Origin: a virus
Lineage: Duplodnaviria > Caudoviricetes
Virus record (IMG/VR): IMGVR_UViG_3300021387_001666
Location: 32,001 to 96,000 of that record
Strand: one strand, 5' to 3'
DNA length: 64,000 bases
The translations under genes were made by a program, and so were the position numbers. Position 1 is the stretch's first letter; each line of letters opens with the position of its first letter. This document shows, in pieces, positions 1 through 11,100 of the stretch. The notes under the pieces were generated by a model. The model did not search any database, was not told the origin of the DNA, and worked only from the letters and a program-made list of their open reading frames with translations.

Positions 1-1
1 G

Positions 2-3000
2 CAGCTAGAAGAAGGAGTTACCATTCAGAAGATGCTGGGAGCTTCAGGTATGTTTGCCCCTGGAGTTATCCAGTATGCCTTTACCTACTTCAACAAATAC
101 AGTCAGGAGAGCAATATCTTCTATATCTCTCCCTTGTTGTATATCTCCTTCAAGGACAGAGGTGCCTCACCTGAAGAAAAGGTAGATAATGCCTTCAAGA
201 TTACTATTGTCAATGTTGACACTCGCTTTGACTATATCAGGGTATATTCTATTCAGAGAACCAGTATAGATGCTACACCTATTGTCAAGAGGGTACAGGA
301 TATTAAGGTAGATGGCAGAACAAGGGTTGACTATATAGATACAGGCATTAATGGAGATTCTGTAGACCCTACAGAACTGCTGTATAAGGGTGGAGAGACT
401 GTTGCTGTAAAGACTATGGAGCAGAAGGATAATACTCTGTTCTTAGGAAATCTGTCTATTACAAGACCAAGAATAGAAACTATTTCAATCAGTGATAATA
501 TCACAATCTCTGCTAACAGCCATAGGACAATCTATCCTACTGTTGTTTCTATAGGAACCTACGAATATGCCAGTCAGCTGACAGCCTTTGACAGTCATGG
601 TAATAGTGTTCCCTGTGCAGGCTTCAAGAGAGGTGACTATTACAGATGTGGTGTGCAGTTCCAATATAAGACAGGTATCTGGAGTGACCCTATCTTTATT
701 AAAGATATAAAGGTAGAAGCTTCACCCGTTTACCATAAGGCTTCAGGCAATACTCCTGTATCTATTGATTTGCCAGTTATATCAGGAAGGATTTATGATG
801 AAGGTAATAATACCCCTTTGGCTGATTTGGTAGGAGCAGGCTATGTGAAATTAAGACCTGTTGTGGTATATCCTAACATACAGGATAGATGTACTATTTG
901 TCAGGGTGTGGCTAATAAGACACTTTATACTTCTGAACAGCAAGACACTACAAAATCTCTACATGGGCAGGCTTCTTGGTTCTTCAGACCCTTTAATAAT
1001 ACAGAAACTGTGGATTCCAATGGGGCTGTTTATCCTGTGTCAGGAGATTTGGAATACATGGATGCAAATGATAACCCCAGCAACATCAAGAGAACAGAAA
1101 TACAAGGCTATTATAACGATAAGCATATATTTAAGTCTCAAAGTGAATTATTCACTCTGAACTCACCCGATGTAGAGTTTGACACTCAGCTGAGCAATTT
1201 GGACTTTTCATCTTTAAAAGGAATGGAGGTAGGAACTGTTGAGTTTGAAAACACTTTATCGGATATTTCCATTCAGACAGAAAGTCCTACTATCAGTAGG
1301 AATGGTGCTGGTGTTGTCTCTAAGTCTTTTGATGCTACTAAATCCTATGGTATTGTTTCTGGTCTGTTTTATGATGATTATATTGTAGATGATAATGATG
1401 GTACTATCAGAGATTTGGAACCAGAGCATAGTGCAGTAAAGTGGATGGTTTACCTTTGGAATAAATCAGGCTCTCTAAATAATGATATTGTAAGACCTTC
1501 TAATTTAGGTACAGCCTCTGCTGTATTGAAGAAAAAGGTTATTTCCAATCTAAGATACACAGATACAGTCTTTAAGTCTGCTATGCCTAGTAGTATGGGT
1601 GCTCTTCAGGATATTCAGCTCTTTTTCAGCAATGAGGTAAGTGTTGTAAAGCTAAAGGACAAAATCTACCAAGGAAATATAGATACTATGCTTATGCCTG
1701 ATAATCCTGATGGCATGTATTTTGCCTTTAATAATTATGATGAGAATGGCATAATCACTCCAAATATAATTAATACTGATTTTACAGATTCTATAAAATG
1801 GAAAACCTATGCGAAAGGACAAGAAGCAACTAACTATGGCATTTATAAGTATGATAATGATGAGTGGAAAGTAAGTAGAAGGGAAGTAGGTGAGAGTTAC
1901 AGAGACCTTGTTATCAAGAAAGAAGGAGTGAGGATGAAATACAAATCTACCTCTCACTTGGCTATTCTTGATAGTAATAACTCTACAGCTATAACTTGGG
2001 ATGTAGTAGACAAGCTTCCTATCATAGAGATAGGTAGGGAGTTTAATGATGATGATGTACAAGCAGGTAATACCTCTCTGTTTGGTGGAAGGTCATCAGA
2101 TGCTCTGAAGGAAAATATATGGGTTCCTTGTGGTGAACCTGTATCTCTTGTGAATGCAGATGGTACTCCTCTTACCGAAAAAACTTTTGAATACTCTTAT
2201 GGTGATACCTATTATCAGCGATGGGATTGCCTGAAGACCTATCCATTCACTCCTGAGGATATTAATCAGGTGGTGGAGATTGGCAGCTTTATGCTTGAGA
2301 CCAGAGTAAATATAGATGGCAGGTATGACAGGAACAGAGGACAGCTGAATAATCTGAACATGACTCCTCAGAACTTCAATCTAATAAATCCTGTATACTC
2401 TCAGCTGAATAATTTCTTCACCTACAGAATACTGGATGAGGACTACTATAAGAGTAACAAGTATCCTAATCAGGTAGTATGGTCAAAAGCCAAGCAGTCT
2501 GGAGCAGATGTAGACCTGTGGACAAATATTACCCTGTCTTCCTCTATGGAGCTTGATGGAGACAAAGGACAGGTGAATAAGCTTGTCAGGTGGGATAATC
2601 AGCTCATCTGTCTGCAAGATACAGGTATCAGTCAGATACTCTATAATGAGAATACTCAGATTTCCACTGAAGCAGGAGTGCCTGTTGAAATAGCCAATAG
2701 TGAAAAGGTGCAGGGTAAGAGGTATATCAGCAACAGCATAGGCTGTTCTAACAAGTGGTCTGTAGCTACCTCTCCTCAAGGTCTGTACTTTCTGGATAGT
2801 CATAACAAGGGTATCTTCAGGTTCAATGGACAGTTGCAGAATGTCTCTGCTTCCCTTGGCTTCAGCTCATGGGCACAATGTATTCCTACAGCTGCTGGTG
2901 ATATTACTTGGACACCAGATGGTTTCAATGACTTTGTTACCTACTATGACAAGAAGAATCAGGATGTGCTGTTCATTAGTAAGGAGGAGTGTCTGGCCTA

Positions 3001-3652
3001 TTCTGAAAGGTTTGGAGTGTTTACCTCCTTCTATAGCTACGAGGGTATTCCCTATCTGTGTAATCTGCTGGATACTGGAATATGGTTGAGAAATGTTAAG
3101 AACAACGACACTTTCAAGACCATCCTGCATAACCATAATGAAGGAGGGTATTGCCGATTCTTTGATGCAGCCAAACCTTATCATACTATTCTTGTGGGTA
3201 ATCCAGAACCTCAAGCAGACAAGATATTCACCAACCTTGAGTTCAGGGCTACAGTGGATGGAGATGGTACACATGAGACAGTTGGTCAGGAAGAAGTGTT
3301 CAAGAAGTTCTATCTGCCTTTCAATACCTTGGAGACTTGGGATGAATATCAGAGAGGTTGGGCTCAGTTGGACATCAGGGATGGTCATGCTGCTATGATA
3401 CATCATCCTCGGCTGAATAATGATGCTTCTCTCAAGAGGAAGTTCAGGATATGGAGATGTGATATTCCGAGGGACAATGCAGACCTTAGTGATAGGGATG
3501 TAGATCTTAATATATCAAGATATAAGAAACATCCTATGGACAGGATGCGCAACCCTTGGATATACCTCAAGCTAACAAAGGACTATAAAAATAAAAAAGA
3601 GGATCTTCCAAGAGTAGAGGTACATGATTTTGTGATGACATATTACGTGTGA
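2..3652 (+). CDS. Tail stabilisation/muzzle protein (crAss-like, P22 gp10-like), 5' truncated by the window edge
   Basis: The 1206-aa ORF stays open upstream to position 2. It is beta-rich, with GDTYYQRWDCLKT and a C-terminal KRKFRIWRCDIPR..RMRNPWIYLKL, as I recall from crAss-like tail stabilisers. It precedes the cargo genes. Confidence 0.7.
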   Translation, partial: QLEEGVTIQKMLGASGMFAPGVIQYAFTYFNKYSQESNIFYISPLLYISFKDRGASPEEKVDNAFKITIVNVDTRFDYIRVYSIQRTSIDATPIVKRVQDIKVDGRTRVDYIDTGINGDSVDPTELLYKGGETVAVKTMEQKDNTLFLGNLSITRPRIETISISDNITISANSHRTIYPTVVSIGTYEYASQLTAFDSHGNSVPCAGFKRGDYYRCGVQFQYKTGIWSDPIFIKDIKVEASPVYHKASGNTPVSIDLPVISGRIYDEGNNTPLADLVGAGYVKLRPVVVYPNIQDRCTICQGVANKTLYTSEQQDTTKSLHGQASWFFRPFNNTETVDSNGAVYPVSGDLEYMDANDNPSNIKRTEIQGYYNDKHIFKSQSELFTLNSPDVEFDTQLSNLDFSSLKGMEVGTVEFENTLSDISIQTESPTISRNGAGVVSKSFDATKSYGIVSGLFYDDYIVDDNDGTIRDLEPEHSAVKWMVYLWNKSGSLNNDIVRPSNLGTASAVLKKKVISNLRYTDTVFKSAMPSSMGALQDIQLFFSNEVSVVKLKDKIYQGNIDTMLMPDNPDGMYFAFNNYDENGIITPNIINTDFTDSIKWKTYAKGQEATNYGIYKYDNDEWKVSRREVGESYRDLVIKKEGVRMKYKSTSHLAILDSNNSTAITWDVVDKLPIIEIGREFNDDDVQAGNTSLFGGRSSDALKENIWVPCGEPVSLVNADGTPLTEKTFEYSYGDTYYQRWDCLKTYPFTPEDINQVVEIGSFMLETRVNIDGRYDRNRGQLNNLNMTPQNFNLINPVYSQLNNFFTYRILDEDYYKSNKYPNQVVWSKAKQSGADVDLWTNITLSSSMELDGDKGQVNKLVRWDNQLICLQDTGISQILYNENTQISTEAGVPVEIANSEKVQGKRYISNSIGCSNKWSVATSPQGLYFLDSHNKGIFRFNGQLQNVSASLGFSSWAQCIPTAAGDITWTPDGFNDFVTYYDKKNQDVLFISKEECLAYSERFGVFTSFYSYEGIPYLCNLLDTGIWLRNVKNNDTFKTILHNHNEGGYCRFFDAAKPYHTILVGNPEPQADKIFTNLEFRATVDGDGTHETVGQEEVFKKFYLPFNTLETWDEYQRGWAQLDIRDGHAAMIHHPRLNNDASLKRKFRIWRCDIPRDNADLSDRDVDLNISRYKKHPMDRMRNPWIYLKLTKDYKNKKEDLPRVEVHDFVMTYYV

Positions 3653-3676
3653 AGAATTGTTTGTCTATACTGAACG

Positions 3677-3713
3677 AGGTAGGGAAATCTTAATGGTTTC
3701 CTTACCTTTTTTT
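3677..3713 (+). terminator. Intrinsic terminator
   Basis: Stem AGGTAGGGAAA..TTTCCTTACCT followed by a T-run. Confidence 0.8.
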
Positions 3714-3754
3714 ATACTGGGTTTAAGTCTTGAAGTATTTCTAAGTCTAATACT

Positions 3755-3762
3755 TATCTTTG
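3755..3762 (+). promoter_or_regulatory. Bacteroidota -7 promoter element TATCTTTG
   Basis: Matches TAnnTTTG, between the terminator and ATG 3782. Confidence 0.75.
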
Positions 3763-3781
3763 CAACAAAAATATACTTAGG

Positions 3782-6700
3782 ATGAAGAAGAATAAGTTAT
3801 ATACAGTCAATGAATGGAACCAACCGGCATTTATGCTTAAGAATAGGTTTGATTGGGGAGGATTGGCAGCAGCAGACAGGAGAGCTAATCCTTGGAACTA
3901 TGTTGATGATGAAGACATTACCCAGCAATACATGAACTCCAAGAATGCCTTTGGAATTTCAAAGGCAGATAATCCTTTTAGTAAAGGTAATATTAAGAGT
4001 ACAGCAGCTGCTGTAGGCACAGCTTTGGCTCCAACTGTGGGGAGTCTTATCAGTGATGGCTATGAGTCAGGTGCTGGAGATGCTATAGGTACTGTTGGAA
4101 GTACTGTTGGAAATGCCTTAAAAACGGTTAATCCTCTTTTGGGAACTGCTGTTGATTTTGGCTCTCAGTTTCTTAAAGGACTTACCAACAGGGCTATTGG
4201 CATCAAGACAAACCAAGCAGCTTTGAACAGAGCCAATAATAGTATCAATACATTGAATGGCTTTGTAAGTAATGCAGGTTCTTTTGATGCCGTACAAGGC
4301 CCTGAGGCTGTGGCTACAGAGAAGGTCTATGAAGGAGGCTGGTTTAGTGGAAGCAAGGCAAGGAGGAAGAACAGAGCCCTTCAAGAGAGATTGAATAATG
4401 CCAAATCTTTTGCCTTCAGAAGTGTGGATAATAACATTAATAACTTAGCAGAAGACCAGATGAACAATGCACTGGCTAACTACAGTGCCTATGGTGGTCC
4501 TCTCGATATGCTTGAAGATACAACCAATATGGGAGCAATAGAATATGGTTTTATGAGTGACTATCTTACAGAGAAGAGACGTCAGAATGAATTAAAGAAC
4601 AAACTATCTGGTATGGCTACTGTTCCTGCCTTTATGCCAAACAGCTATGCTATTGGAGGTGATTTGCAGACTAATGGAGCGGATTTTTCTGATGGCCTAA
4701 CAATTATTAGTGCAGGAGGAACACATGAGTCAAATCCAAATGAAGGAGTACAGCTTGGTGTTGATTCAGAAAATGTTCCAAATTTAGTTGAAGAGGGTGA
4801 GACCATTTTCAATGATTATGTTTATAGCAATAGAATATTGGCTGATGAAGCCACTAAGCAGCTGTTTAGACTGCCTAAGAAAAAGGATATTACCTTTGCA
4901 GAGATTTCCAAGAAGCTTGAGAAGGAGATTGCAGAGAGACCCAACGATCCTATCAGTAAAAGTTCTTTTGAGAAACAGATGGCAGAACTGGCAGATGAGC
5001 AGGAGAGACAAAAGCAAGAGATGGAGGCTGAAAGAGCCAAGGCAGCTTTTGAAGCACTGACTCCTGAGGAACAGGCAGCTGTTATGCAAGAGGTTTCTGC
5101 AAGACAGAATATTGCTGCACAAGAGCAAGCTATAGCAGAGCAGCAAGCTATGCAGCAGCCTACTCCTGAGGAAGCAGCTATGATGCAGCAGCAACAGATG
5201 TTGCAGGCTGATGGTAGTGAGGCTGCTTTAGGGCAGGAGCCTCAGATGAATTGCTTTGGTGGTAAGATTAATAAGTTTGAGGAAGGAGGTAGAAAGAGGA
5301 ATGCAGGCACATGGAAGAAGGGAACTTCTTCAGAAAACTGGAATACCTATACAAGAGGAGGTCTGAGAGACTATCTGAACAGCATTATAGAAAGAGTGAA
5401 CAATGCTTCTTCTGAAGAAGAAAAGAATAAGATACGTCAGGAAGCCATCAAGACTGTAGGAGATATTCAGCAGGCCTATGCAAAGGCTTATCAGAGTAGT
5501 CTTACTCCCTCACAGGAAAATGAAGCTGTAAGAACTCTCCAGTCCTTATTCCAACAGGCTAATGGAAATGCCTACTTTGGCAATATCTCAGACAACATTA
5601 ATCTTCCAGCAGGCCACAATACTACAGATACAGAGAAAGGCGGTTATGTAGATGCCTTATGGGGACCAAGGACTTCTATCAGAAACTGGGGTTCTACAGA
5701 ATATGGAGATGCAGACTATTATAAAGACTTGGCAGACTTGGCTACTCAGGCAGGTTTAGTCTATGCTCCAAATGCAGACTGGACTTATGGTGATAATCAG
5801 CTATATGGACTCTCTATGCCAGCACCTGTCAATAATGAAGGTACTACTTCTACTGTTACACCTACAGGAAGGGTATTTCATGCAATGGATGGTGATGACT
5901 ATGATGGATATATAGAAGGTGCTTTTGGTCCTAATGTAGGAGCAGAAACCAGAAGAGAAGTTCTTCCAAATGGTGATACTGTTATCTATCATGGCAGAGC
6001 AAATGCTTCTGTTGGTAATGAAGGAGTAACAGCTCCTGGAACTAAGAATGACAGAGTGACTCCAAAGCATAAGGCAGGATGGCTGAGATATGCAGGACTG
6101 TTTGGACCTGCTGTAGGTCTTGGCTTACAGGCATTGGGTGTAGGCAGGCCAGATACTGCAAGTCTGGATGCAGCTATTAGCAGTTCAGGCGATGTAAATC
6201 TTGCAGACTATCAACCTATTGGTAACTATCTTACCTATAGGCCTCTTGATATATGGTATCAGCAAAATGCACTAAATGCCCAGAGCAGGGCTACTGACAG
6301 GGCACTTCTGAATAACAGCTCTCCATCAAGGATGTCAGGATTGCTGGCTAATGGCTACAACAGTCAGATAGCTTCAGGTAATTTGTTCAGACAAGCACAG
6401 GAATATAATGATGCTCTACAAAAACAAGTAGAGGAGTTTAACAGAGGAACTAACCAATTCAATGCTGAAGCTTATAACAGGAATAGTCAATTCAATGCAG
6501 ATGCAAAGAACAGGGCAAGACAGTATAATGCACAGCTGAGACTACAGGCAGCCAGAGAAAAAATAGATGCAGATGCAGGTTGGTATAATGGTCTCTATGG
6601 TAATCTGTCAGGTCTATTTAAGGGTATTAGTGATATAGGTCGTGAGAATGAGCAGTTTAACTGGCTTTCAGACCTTGCTGCTGATGGAGCCTTTGGCAAT

Positions 6701-6787
6701 CTTGGTACTAGCAACACTGGCAGAAGGTGGACTAAAGAGCAGAAAGCCAAGGGAGGCAAGATAAAGAAGAGAGGTTTAACTATTTAA
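3782..6787 (+). CDS. Internal virion cargo/ejection protein (crAss cargo-1-like)
   Basis: 1001 aa directly after the muzzle gene. Has Gly/Ala hydrophobic segments, GGTHESNPNEGV..VEEGET, a Q-rich coil, 11-residue FNA/YNA repeats and several xxGG motifs. Confidence 0.6.
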   Translation: MKKNKLYTVNEWNQPAFMLKNRFDWGGLAAADRRANPWNYVDDEDITQQYMNSKNAFGISKADNPFSKGNIKSTAAAVGTALAPTVGSLISDGYESGAGDAIGTVGSTVGNALKTVNPLLGTAVDFGSQFLKGLTNRAIGIKTNQAALNRANNSINTLNGFVSNAGSFDAVQGPEAVATEKVYEGGWFSGSKARRKNRALQERLNNAKSFAFRSVDNNINNLAEDQMNNALANYSAYGGPLDMLEDTTNMGAIEYGFMSDYLTEKRRQNELKNKLSGMATVPAFMPNSYAIGGDLQTNGADFSDGLTIISAGGTHESNPNEGVQLGVDSENVPNLVEEGETIFNDYVYSNRILADEATKQLFRLPKKKDITFAEISKKLEKEIAERPNDPISKSSFEKQMAELADEQERQKQEMEAERAKAAFEALTPEEQAAVMQEVSARQNIAAQEQAIAEQQAMQQPTPEEAAMMQQQQMLQADGSEAALGQEPQMNCFGGKINKFEEGGRKRNAGTWKKGTSSENWNTYTRGGLRDYLNSIIERVNNASSEEEKNKIRQEAIKTVGDIQQAYAKAYQSSLTPSQENEAVRTLQSLFQQANGNAYFGNISDNINLPAGHNTTDTEKGGYVDALWGPRTSIRNWGSTEYGDADYYKDLADLATQAGLVYAPNADWTYGDNQLYGLSMPAPVNNEGTTSTVTPTGRVFHAMDGDDYDGYIEGAFGPNVGAETRREVLPNGDTVIYHGRANASVGNEGVTAPGTKNDRVTPKHKAGWLRYAGLFGPAVGLGLQALGVGRPDTASLDAAISSSGDVNLADYQPIGNYLTYRPLDIWYQQNALNAQSRATDRALLNNSSPSRMSGLLANGYNSQIASGNLFRQAQEYNDALQKQVEEFNRGTNQFNAEAYNRNSQFNADAKNRARQYNAQLRLQAAREKIDADAGWYNGLYGNLSGLFKGISDIGRENEQFNWLSDLAADGAFGNLGTSNTGRRWTKEQKAKGGKIKKRGLTI

Positions 6788-6802
6788 TATGGAGGAGTAG
6801 AT

Positions 6803-8182
6803 ATGCAAAATTATAAAAGGGGTCAATATGACTTTGTTGTAGATTCAAATTTCACTCCATTTACCATGCAGGAGATGCTTGCACCTCTTAGCATGTATAA
6901 AGATGCTTATGAGAAGAGTGAAGAGGCCTATACTGACCTCACTGATAAGGCTGACCAGTTTAAGTACTTATCAGAGACTCTTCCTGAGGGCAGTCAGGCA
7001 AGGAAAATATATGAAGGCTATTCCAATGAGCTTAATGCACAAGCCCAAGACTTAGCCCAGAATGGTCTTAACATGGGTAACAGGAGAGCCTTGACCAATT
7101 TGAAAAGAAGATACCAAGGAGAAATAGGAAGGCTTGTAAGTGCTGATGCTGCCATGCGAGAGGAAAGGAAGCTTCGTAGAACTATGAATGCCAAGGACTC
7201 CAGTATGCTCTATGCTATGGATAATTTGAGTATAGATGATTTTATGGATGGAAATACTCCTAACCTCTATAACATCAGTGGTACAGAACTCTACACTAGA
7301 GGAGCAGCTGCTGGTAAGGCTGCATCATCAAGAGTGTATCAGGCAGGTGATGAAGGTTCTACACTTGGCGGCTACTATAGAAAGTGGGTAGAAAGGAATG
7401 GATACTCCAAAGAGAGTATGGATGCTTTCAGAGCAAATGCAGCTACTATACCAGAGCTTCAGCAAGCAGCTGATGCTATTCTTGCAGAGAGAGGAGTAAC
7501 TGAAAATCTGACAGGCAACAACCTTGAAAGAGCAAGGCAGTCTGTACTCAATGGTATCATTGATGGTGCAGTCTATCAGGAAAGTATCAAACCAGTGAGA
7601 GATGAGGGTAGAATGAGTGCAGCACAAGCAGCTAGTAATGCTTTAGGCTGGGCTAATCATAATGAGAGTGTGAGGATGCATAATCTGCAACTGAAAATGT
7701 CAGGCTATGATGAAAATGGTGTCTATCATCCTGAGAATGACCAGACCCTAAAGAAAGCACAAGCTGTTGCAGCAGCCAAAGGAAGTTCTGGTGGCAGTAG
7801 AGGAGGTAGCACCATGAAGGATACTCAAACCTCTGGCAGGGTAAGACTCACATGGAATGGTAATAATCCTAATGATACCAATGGTGATGCAGATGATGAT
7901 TACACTGTAGAAGCAGTAGCCAATGATAACACTGAACATCCTGGAGTTCTTTATAGTTATGACAGGCTTCCTACCTATGTAAAGAAAGCTATTGCTCCAT
8001 TGGTAGGTGATGGTAAACAGCATCTGTATGATTATTATTTCAAGCCATACGAAGGAGGATTCTTCGATGATAGTGAAGCAAGTGTAGAGCTTGTGCCTAG
8101 AAAGATTATCACCCAGAATAGAAATGGTTCAACCTCTGATGGAGGTAGTGATGATGGAGGTTTAAATGATATTCCAGAATAA
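6803..8182 (+). CDS. Putative virion cargo protein
   Basis: 459-aa helical protein co-transcribed between the cargo gene and the giant gene. Confidence 0.5.
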   Translation: MQNYKRGQYDFVVDSNFTPFTMQEMLAPLSMYKDAYEKSEEAYTDLTDKADQFKYLSETLPEGSQARKIYEGYSNELNAQAQDLAQNGLNMGNRRALTNLKRRYQGEIGRLVSADAAMREERKLRRTMNAKDSSMLYAMDNLSIDDFMDGNTPNLYNISGTELYTRGAAAGKAASSRVYQAGDEGSTLGGYYRKWVERNGYSKESMDAFRANAATIPELQQAADAILAERGVTENLTGNNLERARQSVLNGIIDGAVYQESIKPVRDEGRMSAAQAASNALGWANHNESVRMHNLQLKMSGYDENGVYHPENDQTLKKAQAVAAAKGSSGGSRGGSTMKDTQTSGRVRLTWNGNNPNDTNGDADDDYTVEAVANDNTEHPGVLYSYDRLPTYVKKAIAPLVGDGKQHLYDYYFKPYEGGFFDDSEASVELVPRKIITQNRNGSTSDGGSDDGGLNDIPE

Positions 8183-8199
8183 ACTAAAAGAGTATAAGT

Positions 8200-11100
8200 A
8201 TGCCAATTATAACACCACAAGGACTTAAAGGTTTACAGGGAATAGGCAGTCTGTCAAAAGCAGATTATGATGCTTTTGTCAAGAAGAATGATGCCCTGAT
8301 TTCAAGACATGCCTATGACCCATCATATATTAGTAACCTGTATAGCAACAAGCAGTTTATTGACCGCTATGGAGTAGAGCAGTTCAAGGCTATTCCAGAC
8401 TTTGATATGAGGAATAGCCTATTGAGAGAAGATGTGGTTAATGAGGAGTGGGATAATATGTACGGAGATATGGATGACCAGTGGAAGCAGAAGTATGGCA
8501 TGATGTCAACAGATGCCAAGCAGAAGCTGCTGGAAAGTGACTGGTTGACTCCTACAGAATTTGACTCTGAATGGAAGCAGAAGTCTGATGCACTCAGAGG
8601 TATTACTAGAGACAAGAATGGTGGAGTCTCTATTGACCCTTTGAAGAATATTGGGGGACTTTCACAGGCTATGGCTGTATCAGAAGAAACAGGAGAAGCA
8701 GCACTACAGAGAGCTAGAGAAAGAAATAACAGAACACTTGACCATATCTATAATGATGATGTAGATAACTATGCCAAGGCTTTGGGTAATGAAGTGAATA
8801 CTGTATATAGCCAGAGTGATATTACTGGTATGAGTGATGAGCAGGTAAAGCAAGCTTTTGTTCAGGCTATCACCCCTGGTAGCTATGAAGGAAACATGGG
8901 TGTTCCTGAGTATGCCTCTCACTATGGCAATGGCAGTGATGAAGAAATAACCTCAGAGATGGAAGATTTCTCTGTGGATGATATGCGTCAGGTGCTTGCC
9001 AAGAAGAGAGCTTATGAGCAATATATGAGTCCTGATATGGCAGCAACAGCCCTTAATAATGATGCCAAAAGATATATCAAGGAGCATCAGGGAAGTTTCA
9101 AGAGGTTTGGACTATTTGCTAAGGATGTAGGTATTGCTTCTCTTAGTTATACTGCTGACAAGATTAATGGTATCTATAACCTTGGACTGATGGCTGCTGA
9201 TGCTATAGGAGACAAGCCTGTGGTATGGGTAGATGATACTGGTAATGTGGTAGATGCCAATACTATTGTCACAGAACAGAATGGCAGATTTGTCTATGGT
9301 CAAGGAACTGATGGTAAATTGCATCCTGTGCATCAGATGGAGATAGACCGCACTACCCTACATAATATGGGAAAGAATACTGATGGCAGCAATGATGAGA
9401 GTATCTTGAATCCTCTGTACTGGACAAGGGCAGAGCAGTTTGGCACATTGGATGAAGACCTCCAAAGGAAGTATGAAAAATTAGGCAGTAGTCCTTATAA
9501 GGTAGTCTATGACCCTAATGAGGATAGTGACCTGATGTATGAGTCCTTCAAGATGATGTCCTTTGGTTTGGCTGATGGTGCAGCCCAACTGATGCCCTTT
9601 GGTGTTGGTATGTTGGGTAAGACATTGAGCACAGCTAGTAAAGTAGGTAAAATAGGCAGAGGTCTTGGACAGGCATTGAACTGGACAGGCAGGCATCTTA
9701 CAGCACAGACAAAGACAGGTCAGTTAATACAAGGATTGGCAGGTGCGGAAGGTATAGCCTATGCCTATGAAAGGGGAGCTTTCCAAGAAACTCTTGCTCA
9801 GAACTTGGCTAATGCAGAGGAGGCAGCACTTAATAGAAGCAAGCAGGAAATCTATGACCAGTATCAGAATGATGAGCAATATAAGGCTCAGATGGATGCC
9901 CTGATAGATGCCAAAGCAGCCAGTATGAAGGCAGAGTATATAGCAGCATTGGGCGAAGGTGGCCAACAAAGAATTGTTGACAATGCCAAATTGGATGAGA
10001 TGCTGAGAGCCAGAGCACAACAGACAGTAATGGGTGAAGCAGTGCAGAGGAGACTGGATGAAATAAAGGGTTCTGATGAATATGTAGCCCTTCAGGAAGA
10101 GGCCATCAATTCAGCAGGGGATGCTGCTACAGCTACTTTTCTGCCAGAAGCCATTAAGTATGGACTGGTAAATACTGTTGGTTTCAGGAAATGGATGTAT
10201 AGCAATCCTACTGGCTTAAGGAATAAGGTAGCAGCAGGTCTGCAAGGATTAAGGGAAATTACTACTCCAGCAGGTAGACAGAGACTTGTAACAGAGGGAA
10301 GCAAGTTCTTGACCAGAGGACAGAAGTGGAAGCAGTTTGGTAAGACAGCAAGTAGTCAGATATGGGGAGGTGCTTGGACTAATGGTACTGATGATATGAT
10401 GGTTGATGCTGCTGAGAGAATCAATGAGGACAGTTTTGCCAGATACCTCCATGCTTTTGAGAACGGAGAGGCTATGGCAGATACCTATGGTTTTGCTGAT
10501 GGCTTGTATTCTTATTGGAAAGGACTGAATAACTCTTTAGGTCAGGAGACCACATGGAATGCTGCTACTGTCGGTGGATTAGGTTCTGTACTGAGCTTTA
10601 CTCCTAATATGGCAAATATAGCCCATCTTGCTACTAAGGAAGGCAGAGAAGCCTATAGGAATAACTTTAAGCGTGAGGCACTGAGAAATGAGGATGGTAC
10701 TGTAAAAAGGGATGAGCAAGGTAATATTCAGTATAAGGAAGTTGGTCTTGGTGAGAATTGGAGAGATAGGGCTAACTACTTTATTCAGAACGGTGTACTA
10801 AATACTTATTATGGAGCCAAGCAGAATGAAAGAGACCTTCAGCAACATGCAGACTATGTGAATAACCTGTTGGATGATTATGATGACTTCAAGGTTATTG
10901 AGGAACTAATCAACTCAGACATTGCTCTGGATAATGCAGAGACTGTAGGAGACCAAAAAACTATGAGGTTTGTCAAAGCCATCAATGCTGCTAATGCTTT
11001 GAACCGTTTGGCACAAAATGAGAATGATCCTACTACCTTAAGTTCTGTGGTACAGAATGCCAAGAGCTTCATACAGAGAGCAGCACAGATGCAGATGGAA

